From positions 1 through 36,236 of the IMG/VR virus record IMGVR_UViG_3300016674_000005: a stretch of 36,236 nucleotides of DNA, one strand, 5' to 3'. Shown here in pieces: positions 16,975 through 25,856 of this stretch. Each line of letters starts with the position of its first letter. Positions within the stretch are counted from its first letter, which is position 1. A program made the position numbers and the translations under genes. Source of the DNA: a virus. Lineage: Duplodnaviria; Caudoviricetes. A model generated the notes under the pieces. The model was not told the DNA's origin. It made no database searches and saw nothing but the letters and a program-made list of their open reading frames with translations.

Positions 16975-19900
16975 TTAAGCTCTGGGTATTGTACGACCTA
17001 CACCAGGAAATCCACCATAGTGTATTTGATTGTTGCGCAGAGTACAAGCAGCAAATGATTTAGCACAAATATCTTCTCCTGCACGCGATTCAAGCTGCTC
17101 ACTAGGGTATATTAGTATATCCTCTAAAGACGGCTCGTTACCGTCACACAAGTCTATCCTAGGTTGATAGAATTGTTGATTAGTAGCAGTATCCGTCGAA
17201 GCATTTAGTAGTGCTCGTAGTAAAACTTGTGTCGAAGTGGTTTGCCATACCCAATCATTCGGATTACCACTTATCTTATTTGCAATTATGGTACTAACTG
17301 GAAGGCTACTTTTTTTATAAATGCCTGAATCAGGGTGTATACCACCTATACCAGAACCTACAGGCCAAACATGTCCAACAAACAAATACCAGGTTGACGT
17401 GTCTAGAGTCCAGTTGATAGAGTTAAAATGAGGGTTAGTATTTAATACACCGTCTGAACGTCGTAATAGACCTTCTAATACATTTGAACTATTGTAACCA
17501 AAAGCGCTTAAATAACTTTGACCATTACCAATAGTTTTACGACGAATCCAAACAGAGAATCGGTATAACTGATTTTTATTAATTGCATATCGAGGAGTAT
17601 AGAAACCACCATCTGAATCTGCTGCTGCATCTTGATTACTAACATCCCAAACTACTTTACGCTTATTATATGGTGTTCTATCTATCTTTAGCGAGTTCCC
17701 GTCCCCGTAGTTTGTATAACCAGGAACCGAGGTTAAACCATTTTCCCAGCCTGACAAATCAACTAGAGACACACTTTTAATAGTAGTGTCTTCGTTTTGC
17801 AGATTATATGATTTTGTAGAGTATAGTATAGGACTAGTACCTGGGATTTCTATGCCGCCAGGTCCTGGATATTGACACTCAGCACCCTTATAAGTCCATT
17901 GGCAAGTATTTTTATAATACTTGCGACGAGGAAGTGATATCTTAAAATACTGTAACCATGATACAAGACCGAAGGTAGCTACATGGTCTGCCAAACCTTC
18001 TAACTGATCTATTCTAAACTTATCTTCTATATAGCTTTCTGAGTCAGCTTGTGCGTTTACTATGTATAAAGGTTTGTCCGTAAAAGCTAAAGATGAAGTA
18101 AGTGTGGCTACGTTCCAAGCCTCGGTTAGGCTAAATCTGTATACATTGTCTGTTCCTTGACCGGCTACAAAGAGTCTGGTGCCATCGTCAGCCCATGCAT
18201 GTGCGGTCATAGTACCGTCTAAGTCGCCTAATCCAGCAATCCTAGTATATGCAGCTGTTGCTACATTCCAAGCGCTACTTAGAGTATATTGGTTAATATC
18301 ATCTCCACTATTACCCACTACATACATATAGTCTCCAGAAGAGCTAAAGGATAGAGTGTATGGAGAAGTTTCTTGTGAAGTAATAGACTTAGACTGTAAA
18401 ACTGTATTACCTATGCTGCTTATGCTCCAAGCGGTGGGCACACTCATTTGATATACCGTATCTGTATCAAAACCGATGATATATACGTTTGCACCATTAG
18501 CACTAAACGCAACCCCTGTTGCATTGTTTTCGGTTGTAATAGCTGAAACATTAACTGTAGCAGTTAAGTTAGCTGAGGACACGTTCCAAGCTTCTGATAG
18601 TGAGTATTCAAACAGAGAATTGGAAGTTGTTCCTACTAAGTACATCTTTGTTCCGTCAGGTTTGAATGTGATATCTGCCGGGTTTCCATCTTGAGCTGAT
18701 ACTGATTTATCTCTTAAAAAAGTAGACTGGTCTACATTCCAGTTGGATAGAGTATACTCTCTAACTCGGTCTGAGGAGTTACCGCTTATATACAGTCTAT
18801 CGCCAGTAGGCTTAAAGTACATTCCGCGAATATTTGCTTCTTGAGCTCCTATATACTTATACTGTAGCAGAGGTCTGTCGATATTGATAGTTTTATTATC
18901 TACTATTGACGTAATAACTCCGCGAGAACTGTTAGCTAGACGAACTGAGTCTCCAACTCTGTAAGCTGCTGCATTTTTAACCTCGATGGTAGAAGCCGTG
19001 CTAGTACTATTTTGTGACACTATAGAACTGTGCTCTGGCCAATAATCTAGAAAGTTAGCAAAAGTAGTTTTAATCTCTACTACACCGCCTAACAAGTCTC
19101 TAGAATCTGGTTTTTCAGTAATCCACGTGCCTCCAATAGATTGAGTTTGCTCATAGGTAAAAGCTGCGTTTTGCTGACCATACTCGTTAACTATGTCTGT
19201 GCTATAGTTAAGCCCCTTATCTCTAGCCGCTTTGAGAAGTGCTCGTTCTGTAGAGCCAGTGGGAAAATCTGTCCAACTGCTGGGTACAGTACGCGGGTCT
19301 ATGCCATGCACTAATTCCCCATTTACGTGCGCCATTACTGAGTTAGATATGTTATTACCTACTAGATATGGGTCTTCTACTAGGCGAGATACTATGTTGT
19401 CTACATTGAATACGGTTAGTGAGAGTTCATTAATACGACCCTCATTAGTCTGCTCAATGCCAGATATGTTAACTGGGAATGGGATAAAAGAAGTACCGCC
19501 ATAAGTAACATTATACATTAAGTCATCAGCAGTGTCCCCAACTACTTCAGCGAATCGTAGAGGGAATCCTACAGGCCAAGACCTGCCTTCACCCATACCA
19601 GAAGGATTGCCAGCTGAGTTTGGAGGATACCATTCTCCAGGATAGTAAATTGAGTAGAGCCTTACTATAGGATTTTGAGTAAAAGCATTTTTTTGTGCAA
19701 TAAAAGTACTTGGAGTTATAGATGATATAAGAGATGTAGCAGATGTGATGTTACTGGTCATTACGTTGGACACGAAGGGTAGTGCACGACTATTCGCCAT
19801 GTCTCCGCTAGTAGTACCTGTAATTACTGCTATATTAGAGTGAACATATTCTGTACTAATAAATTCCTGCAAACTATTTGCAAGTTTTACTTTTAGGATG

Positions 19901-20028
19901 TTATTAGGCTTATCAGTTGCGGTAATATACCCAACAGTTCCGCTAGTATTACCTATTAACACGTTGCCGCTTTGAAAAAGGGCAGCGTTGCTTACTTTAA
20001 TTGTTAAGTCATATGTACGAGATGTAAT
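16975..20028 (-). CDS. Enlarged minor tail protein L-like with beta-propeller and beta-sandwich insertions
   Basis: gpL-type motifs FPVNISG, LTVFNV, LPRR, CQWTYKGAEC...CAKSFAAC..R....HYGGFPG; position between Dit/M and K. Start is either ATT 20028 (strong RBS) or GTG 19962. Confidence 0.78.
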   Translation of the reverse strand: MTSRTYDLTIKVSNAALFQSGNVLIGNTSGTVGYITATDKPNNILKVKLANSLQEFISTEYVHSNIAVITGTTSGDMANSRALPFVSNVMTSNITSATSLISSITPSTFIAQKNAFTQNPIVRLYSIYYPGEWYPPNSAGNPSGMGEGRSWPVGFPLRFAEVVGDTADDLMYNVTYGGTSFIPFPVNISGIEQTNEGRINELSLTVFNVDNIVSRLVEDPYLVGNNISNSVMAHVNGELVHGIDPRTVPSSWTDFPTGSTERALLKAARDKGLNYSTDIVNEYGQQNAAFTYEQTQSIGGTWITEKPDSRDLLGGVVEIKTTFANFLDYWPEHSSIVSQNSTSTASTIEVKNAAAYRVGDSVRLANSSRGVITSIVDNKTINIDRPLLQYKYIGAQEANIRGMYFKPTGDRLYISGNSSDRVREYTLSNWNVDQSTFLRDKSVSAQDGNPADITFKPDGTKMYLVGTTSNSLFEYSLSEAWNVSSANLTATVNVSAITTENNATGVAFSANGANVYIIGFDTDTVYQMSVPTAWSISSIGNTVLQSKSITSQETSPYTLSFSSSGDYMYVVGNSGDDINQYTLSSAWNVATAAYTRIAGLGDLDGTMTAHAWADDGTRLFVAGQGTDNVYRFSLTEAWNVATLTSSLAFTDKPLYIVNAQADSESYIEDKFRIDQLEGLADHVATFGLVSWLQYFKISLPRRKYYKNTCQWTYKGAECQYPGPGGIEIPGTSPILYSTKSYNLQNEDTTIKSVSLVDLSGWENGLTSVPGYTNYGDGNSLKIDRTPYNKRKVVWDVSNQDAAADSDGGFYTPRYAINKNQLYRFSVWIRRKTIGNGQSYLSAFGYNSSNVLEGLLRRSDGVLNTNPHFNSINWTLDTSTWYLFVGHVWPVGSGIGGIHPDSGIYKKSSLPVSTIIANKISGNPNDWVWQTTSTQVLLRALLNASTDTATNQQFYQPRIDLCDGNEPSLEDILIYPSEQLESRAGEDICAKSFAACTLRNNQIHYGGFPGVGRTIPRA

Positions 20029-20044
20029 GATAAGTCTCCTAAAG

Positions 20045-20461
20045 TTAGTCGTAAGTTTCTTTTAATGTGAACGATATGTTGTAAAAGTTCTGAGAAGGTA
20101 GAGAGCCTCCACTAAGCACATGAGTGATTTTTATTGAACTTTCAAATCGTACAGTTACTGTACCAGTTTCATTAATGTGAGTCAAATCAAAAGTAAAAGT
20201 TTCAAATGAACCGCTTTGTGCTCTAAAAAAAGATTCAATAGCTGAACGTTCAACACCAGTTACGTTTGTATATGTGAGGTCATAGGTTCGTTTTGGTCTT
20301 CGAGAGCGAAGACGGCGTTTTTCGTAACCGCTTTCACTCTCGAATACTACTGTAGAATACTCTATGCTAGTCCCGTACCCTTTATCCGGTTTTCTACTAG
20401 CCATTGAAGTAAAGCTGCCACCAGCGTAGTTACCGACGGCGTCGGTTGGGTATATAGCCAT
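20045..20461 (-). CDS. Distal tail / minor tail protein M-like
   Basis: ESGYEKRR...YDLTY...FF....GSFETFTF...VRF pattern; immediately after the tape measure gene with a TAATG overlap. Confidence 0.75.
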   Translation of the reverse strand: MAIYPTDAVGNYAGGSFTSMASRKPDKGYGTSIEYSTVVFESESGYEKRRLRSRRPKRTYDLTYTNVTGVERSAIESFFRAQSGSFETFTFDLTHINETGTVTVRFESSIKITHVLSGGSLPSQNFYNISFTLKETYD

Positions 20462-23400
20462 TATAATCCTCCTTTAGCTCTTAGTGACCTGCGAATAGGT
20501 CCGTTATTGGCAAAATCGCGCATAACAATATCAATAACATATTTCTCGCCATCAAAACGAGGCTGAGCAGTTTGTACATCTTTTGGTGAGCCTTCATTAG
20601 TAATATTAATGATAGGGGCTCCAGTTGTAGATTTTCCCGTTGCATTCATGGCCTGAAGTGCTGGCACACCGACGGATTTTACTGCTTGTTTACGCAATAC
20701 GAACTCACCTGGTTCTAACATTGCGGGTACTCGGTCTCTACGCATTGTAGAAGATATAGCTGCACCACCTTGTGCTAAGTGCATCAAACCACCTTGAGCT
20801 GCGGTGGTTCCAAATCCGAATAAGCTAAGTATACCGCCAAATAATCCCGACAGAATACCTCCCTGACCAAATAGGCCGCTGAATAAACGACTTATAATAC
20901 CGTCAGACCCAAATAAGTTGGAGAAGAATCCTCCTATCTTATCAAAGAATCCACTGAATGCTCCGCCAGTTGGGTCTTGTTGCTCTTCATCTTTACTCTT
21001 AAATAGTCCACCGAACAGCTCTTCAGGCCCAGAAACTACTTGCACTTGCAAGGCTCCGTTAACTACACGAGCATTCTCAATACCCTTTTTACCACCTTTG
21101 ATACCAAAAATACTAAAGATACCTTCAGTTAGTGTATCAGACAGGGGGTCTGCGATAGTAGTTTTAAATAAGTCTTGTTGTATTGACTTAAATAAATTAC
21201 CCATTATATCGCCAAAATTACCTTCACCATAGAATACTAAGTTGTTTAAACTCATTAGAGCATCAGAGATATTTGATTTGATAGAATCAAATAGCTGTGT
21301 TAACATCTTTTGAATCTCAGTTAGTTCAGCTTGAGTATCTTTTCCTCCACCACCGCCACCGGCATCAGCAGCCTCTCTTAGTCGCTTTTGCGCTTCTTCT
21401 TCATTTATCCTACCTTGTTCTAGTAGTAGTGCTATTTCCTGCTCTTTAGCTTGGCGATTTAGTTCTCTTTTTTTCTCAATCGCAGCACGCTCAGCTAGAT
21501 AAGAATTCGCAGAAGCTTTTAGCTGTTCTTTTTCTAGTGCTGTAACAGCTGCTGTAGCTTTATCTGCAGCACTTTGAGCAGCCGTTAAAGCTGTATTTAG
21601 TTGCATAGTGCTTTCGCTCATACCTATTGCAGCAGAAGTGAATGCGTCACTGCCTCGTCCTACTGGACCAGCTATAGCTTCTGCTCCTTTAGCAGCTACA
21701 GGGGCAAATGAAGCTTTTTTTGCTCCTAGGCCTAGCATAGACCCTAGCGTACCAAATGAACCGACAAAAGCATCTATAGCACTATTTATAGCTGATACTA
21801 TAGCACTACCAATAGCGTTTCCGCCATCTACTAAAGATGTTTCTAACTGAGAAGCTATCGCACTATATATGCTAGCAGCTGAGTCTAATACCTCGAAATC
21901 CGAGGTAATCTTAGACCTTTGTAAGTCTGCTTCAGCTTTGATATTAGCTTGTTTAATCTCAGTTTCTTGTAGTAGTAGAGCTTGTTCTGCATCTAGTATT
22001 TGATTACTTATAGTAAACTGCTCAGTTATAGCGGCTTTTTGGGCTGCTAGAATTTGGTCTTTTATAGTGTTTATTTGCTCTGCGCCCTCAAGAGGCTTTA
22101 GCTTTTTATTATCAACCTGCAACTCAATTAACTGAATTTGATTCTGTAGCATAGATTGTTTAAAACTTGCAGCAGCTCTAGCAGCTTCTTGTTGTATCTG
22201 TAGGTCATCTATTTTAAGCTGTAGCGGAGCTAGCTGCTCTTGCTGTCTTAATTCTGCTATTTGAGCTTCAGCCTCTTTAGTAATCTCTTTATAGGCTTTG
22301 GCAAGCTCATACGCTTGTTTAGTTATGTCTACTAATTTACCTCTTACTGCAGCAGTAGCCTTATCGTAAGTTTCAGCTTCTTTACTTATTGTAGCTAGTA
22401 TCTGAGCTCGCTCAGTTTCTGTAACATTGTTATTTTTTAAATACTGTTCAATCTTTGCTTGGTCGCCTACTAAGGATTTTGAATAAGCAGTGCTAGCTAT
22501 TACGTTTTGTAAATAAGCAGCCTGGTTAGTGTCGATTTGCTGTTGGGTAGTAGCTATCTGACCATACATGTTAACTAAACCACTAACTTCAGCAGTATCA
22601 AATAGGGATATCTCTTTAGAGAAGGCTGTGGTTATGTCTTTATAAGTTTTATCTATAGCGACTAAACTTTGTTCTACAGCCCTATAAATACTGAGTTGCT
22701 TCTCTAAAGCAGCAATCTCTGCTTGTAGAGACTCTCCTGCAATGCCTAAGGATGCACGCTCGCTTAAACCATTATAAGCAGTTTTTAGCTTTATTAGATT
22801 AGCTTCTAAACCAGCAATAGTCGAACCGGTACTGGTAACAGTCACAGACCCGGCTTCTAGTGCCGCATTAAAATCTTTTACAGTATTTCTTGATAGAGCA
22901 GTAACATCTATCATCTCCCTTTGCTGGGCTGTTAAATTTTCAAGAGAGTATTGGCCGTTTACTTGTTCGATAGTCATACCTAGGATAGTAAGAGCCTTTG
23001 TAGAGTTCTGTAGTTCAGGAGTAAATACTCCTGCTACTTGTTCTGCGGTTAGCCCGGAGGTTTGCGCTACCTGCGCAACTACTCTGGCAGTTTTATCAGC
23101 ACTTTGTCTGTATACCTCCATAGCTGATTGTAAGGCGAGTAACTGAATTCTGGCTTCTTCTATATCTTCTTGTGAGTAAGAGAATAATCCCTGCCCAGCA
23201 CCAGCGTCTATAATAGCCTGTTGTTCTTTCATAGCTTTATTCAAAGTAAACATCGCTTTACTTTGTGCATCTAACCTACCACCTGATTTGAGAATTTCAA
23301 TGGTTGTAGCTTGAGATTTAGGAGCCTCTGCCTTACGGCGCGCCTCAGCTACCCTATCTGCAAATCCCGTAATCTGTTCCTCGCTAGCGCCTAAACGTTT

Positions 23401-24933
23401 TAGCTCTGCTGTTAACGCTGCACCACCACCTGCAAAAGCTGTAGCTAAACCTTTAAATCCGCCAGCAGCTTCTTTAGTAGCATTAGATAAATCTTTGAAA
23501 GCATTAACTACTTTACCTAATAAGTCTACGTCAAATAAGGTACCAACTAACTGAATAGCAGCCACAATACCAAAAGCAAAATTTATTGCAGTCCCTAAAA
23601 GGTTGAAAGCGCCGGTTAATAGACTTACAGACGCACGTAATCCATTGGATAACCCAATGAATAGCGTGATTCTTCTTCCACTAGTAGATAATAATGCATT
23701 ATTTCTTTCGATAGCAGCATTTATGTTTTTATAAGTCTGGCTAGAATTCAAACCAAGTCTATCTAAAGTAGCTATCTGCTCTTTATATGCCCTGTTAATA
23801 GCATTTAGTTGCGACGGTACTAGCTGAGCGGAGCTCCTTTGTAAGTCCAGAGCTTCGGCAAAGCGTTTAGCTTGTGCGGGGTCTTGTCCAGCTTTTACTT
23901 TAGTTTGGATACCAGCAAGCCCAGCACCTTTCTCTACACTAACAGGCGCTAGAATAGCTTTTCGTAACTTTTCTACTTCTGTAGCAGCTATTTGCGCTTT
24001 ATCTGCTAAACCAGCAGACCAGCCAGACAGCTTTGCTCCAGTTCGGTCTACGAATCCGTTAACCACTTCAGTGGTTTTACCAAATACTAAAGATAGTAAG
24101 AATCCGAAAGCTAAAAGAGCATTCCCTATATCACCAGTTAAAAACTTAGCAAAAGGAGCTAACGTATTACCTACTACTTGTAGGAACCCAGTACCTAGCT
24201 CAGAAATTCTAACTCGTAACTGCTCCAGCGTTTTTTGGAGCGAATCTGTACTAGTATCAATTATACTAAATTTTCTAGTACCTTCTTCGATAGTAGCATT
24301 AGCAAATGCCTGTCTTCTTTGGAACTCGTTTAGGGAGGTTGCAGATATACCTAATTGCTTAGCGTACTTCTGTACTGCAGGCTCAATTCTAGTAAAAATG
24401 CCTAATTCGTCTAGTAATTCTGGTTCTAGTTTTGATACGCCTCGTACAACACGCTGTAGTGAATCTGTAAAGTCTCTTCCCAGAGCTTGAGAAGCTTTTT
24501 GCGCTATAGCAGCAAATTGTTCAACCTGTTGAGCATTGAACCCTGCGGATAGAGCAATATTCGCATTCTGAGCCGCTTCTGTCATAGTTAGTTGCCCTTG
24601 AGTAATTTCTTGTATAGTTTTAATGATTCTAGGACCACTTTGACCAATTTCAGCAGCTAAAGCACTAGTACCACGAATAACAGTTTCTGCTTGTGCAGCT
24701 TTAGCTAAAGCATCGAAGGCTGCTTGAACTGAGAATAAGGTAGCAGCAGCGCCAGCATACGCTGCTACTAAACCGCCTAGCCCTTGAGATTGCGCAGCAA
24801 ATTGGCGTCCGGCACTTGCGCTAGACTGACCTAATCGGGTTTGAGACCTATCTAAGTGCTCAATGTCGGCGGCTACTTTGTTAGCACCTAAACTCGTGAA
24901 TTTAGTTTCTATAAGGTTCTTGATGATACCCAT
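20461..24933 (-). CDS. Tail tape measure protein
   Basis: 1490 aa, Ala/Gln-rich helical with hydrophobic segments; C-terminal DRVPAMLEPGEFV motif; follows the tail chaperones. Confidence 0.93.
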   Translation of the reverse strand: MGIIKNLIETKFTSLGANKVAADIEHLDRSQTRLGQSSASAGRQFAAQSQGLGGLVAAYAGAAATLFSVQAAFDALAKAAQAETVIRGTSALAAEIGQSGPRIIKTIQEITQGQLTMTEAAQNANIALSAGFNAQQVEQFAAIAQKASQALGRDFTDSLQRVVRGVSKLEPELLDELGIFTRIEPAVQKYAKQLGISATSLNEFQRRQAFANATIEEGTRKFSIIDTSTDSLQKTLEQLRVRISELGTGFLQVVGNTLAPFAKFLTGDIGNALLAFGFLLSLVFGKTTEVVNGFVDRTGAKLSGWSAGLADKAQIAATEVEKLRKAILAPVSVEKGAGLAGIQTKVKAGQDPAQAKRFAEALDLQRSSAQLVPSQLNAINRAYKEQIATLDRLGLNSSQTYKNINAAIERNNALLSTSGRRITLFIGLSNGLRASVSLLTGAFNLLGTAINFAFGIVAAIQLVGTLFDVDLLGKVVNAFKDLSNATKEAAGGFKGLATAFAGGGAALTAELKRLGASEEQITGFADRVAEARRKAEAPKSQATTIEILKSGGRLDAQSKAMFTLNKAMKEQQAIIDAGAGQGLFSYSQEDIEEARIQLLALQSAMEVYRQSADKTARVVAQVAQTSGLTAEQVAGVFTPELQNSTKALTILGMTIEQVNGQYSLENLTAQQREMIDVTALSRNTVKDFNAALEAGSVTVTSTGSTIAGLEANLIKLKTAYNGLSERASLGIAGESLQAEIAALEKQLSIYRAVEQSLVAIDKTYKDITTAFSKEISLFDTAEVSGLVNMYGQIATTQQQIDTNQAAYLQNVIASTAYSKSLVGDQAKIEQYLKNNNVTETERAQILATISKEAETYDKATAAVRGKLVDITKQAYELAKAYKEITKEAEAQIAELRQQEQLAPLQLKIDDLQIQQEAARAAASFKQSMLQNQIQLIELQVDNKKLKPLEGAEQINTIKDQILAAQKAAITEQFTISNQILDAEQALLLQETEIKQANIKAEADLQRSKITSDFEVLDSAASIYSAIASQLETSLVDGGNAIGSAIVSAINSAIDAFVGSFGTLGSMLGLGAKKASFAPVAAKGAEAIAGPVGRGSDAFTSAAIGMSESTMQLNTALTAAQSAADKATAAVTALEKEQLKASANSYLAERAAIEKKRELNRQAKEQEIALLLEQGRINEEEAQKRLREAADAGGGGGGKDTQAELTEIQKMLTQLFDSIKSNISDALMSLNNLVFYGEGNFGDIMGNLFKSIQQDLFKTTIADPLSDTLTEGIFSIFGIKGGKKGIENARVVNGALQVQVVSGPEELFGGLFKSKDEEQQDPTGGAFSGFFDKIGGFFSNLFGSDGIISRLFSGLFGQGGILSGLFGGILSLFGFGTTAAQGGLMHLAQGGAAISSTMRRDRVPAMLEPGEFVLRKQAVKSVGVPALQAMNATGKSTTGAPIINITNEGSPKDVQTAQPRFDGEKYVIDIVMRDFANNGPIRRSLRAKGGL

Positions 24934-25302
24934 TTACTTTGCTCTCTTTGCCTTGCTCATGGCTTCTTGTTCTTTTTGTTTTTGCGCGTAGTAGCGTGAT
25001 AATTCAGCTTCTGCTACTTGCAATAGTTCAAATACTTGTCGTCTATCCTCTATGTCGTATATATCCATTATAGTGCCTAAGCCACTATAGTCTTTACCCA
25101 TCCAAGTACCGCTCATACCTTCCCACTTATCTGGTAAAGTATTTAATAGTACTAGCGCTTGCTGTACTTCTAAGTCAAATGAGGCAGGGTCTACTGGGAT
25201 TTCTTCTTCAGCAGGCTCCCACCCCATCTGTTCGCACATAACTAAATACTGGTCAAGAGTTAAACCTCCGCCACCAAGCTGGTTGCGGAGGTAATTGGTT
25301 AG
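24934..25302 (-). CDS. Tail assembly chaperone T segment, expressed as a G-T fusion by -1 frameshift
   Basis: The -1 frame is open from the slippery site at 25308-25302 into ORF 25239-24934. Confidence 0.8.
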   Translation of the reverse strand, partial: LTNYLRNQLGGGGLTLDQYLVMCEQMGWEPAEEEIPVDPASFDLEVQQALVLLNTLPDKWEGMSGTWMGKDYSGLGTIMDIYDIEDRRQVFELLQVAEAELSRYYAQKQKEQEAMSKAKRAK

Positions 25303-25308
25303 TTTTTT
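25264..25308 (-). promoter_or_regulatory. Programmed -1 ribosomal frameshift signal
   Basis: A-AAA-AAC heptamer, 9-nt spacer, then hairpin ACCTCCGC-a-ACCA-gct-TGGT-g-GCGGAGGT. Confidence 0.85.
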
Positions 25309-25730
25309 GCGTTATCTTCAGCTTTTTTGCGCGAGAATTGTTCAAAATCAGCTAGAGAATCAGTAACAAATTGGTCAAAAACTGGGGAGTTTTTCAGCAA
25401 TTCTACAGCTTCTTCAGGGCTATATTCTAGCTCATCGTCTGGTTTAAAGCTGCTTATATCTACTGGCATAAGCAGAGGAAGATGTTTAATTTTTAAACCC
25501 TTCCATCCTGAAATTGCGCGTTCTGCATAGTTTTCTAGAAATTTTGCGCTATCAACTTCTTCTTCACGTTGACGAGTGCGCTTATTAAATTTATAAGTTA
25601 AGCTAGCTGAACGAATTTTCAGTAGTTCTTCTCTTGTAATAAAGCGAAGATTTACTTCAAAACCAGGTATATCTGGAAATTCTACCCAGGTAGAAGTGTC
25701 TTGTACTAGCATTGATTTTAGTTTACTCAT
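25299..25730 (-). CDS. Tail assembly chaperone G-like
   Basis: Between tail tube and tape measure genes; ATG 25730 with GAGGG RBS; ends GCA AAA AAC TAA. Confidence 0.85.
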   Translation of the reverse strand: MSKLKSMLVQDTSTWVEFPDIPGFEVNLRFITREELLKIRSASLTYKFNKRTRQREEEVDSAKFLENYAERAISGWKGLKIKHLPLLMPVDISSFKPDDELEYSPEEAVELLKNSPVFDQFVTDSLADFEQFSRKKAEDNAKN

Positions 25731-25732
25731 TG

Positions 25733-25849
25733 GTTTCCCTCTATAAAAGTGAGCGTCCATCGGGGAATCTGCTAAGCAAAGTGAGGGGAAACTTTGTTTC
25801 GCAAGCCGATAGACGCTCTCTGGTTAAATCTTGTAATTATTTCCCCTCA
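25733..25849 (-). promoter_or_regulatory. Structured intergenic RNA element between the tail tube and chaperone genes
   Basis: 13-bp stem (25818-25806 with 25763-25751), inner hairpin CAAAGT/ACTTTG, and a loop complementary to both 25849-25840 and the downstream SD region. Confidence 0.65.
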
Positions 25850-25856
25850 GAAATTA

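Noticed and set aside
8373-19962. Diversity-generating retroelement or invertible tail-fibre cassette
   Set aside because: No reverse transcriptase or recombinase gene, and no near-identical nucleotide repeat pair seen by eye; the repeats are protein-level only.
25731-25856. Reading the intergenic structure as a tRNA or a known riboswitch
   Set aside because: No T-loop, anticodon arm or recognisable aptamer consensus; kept instead as an unclassified element.
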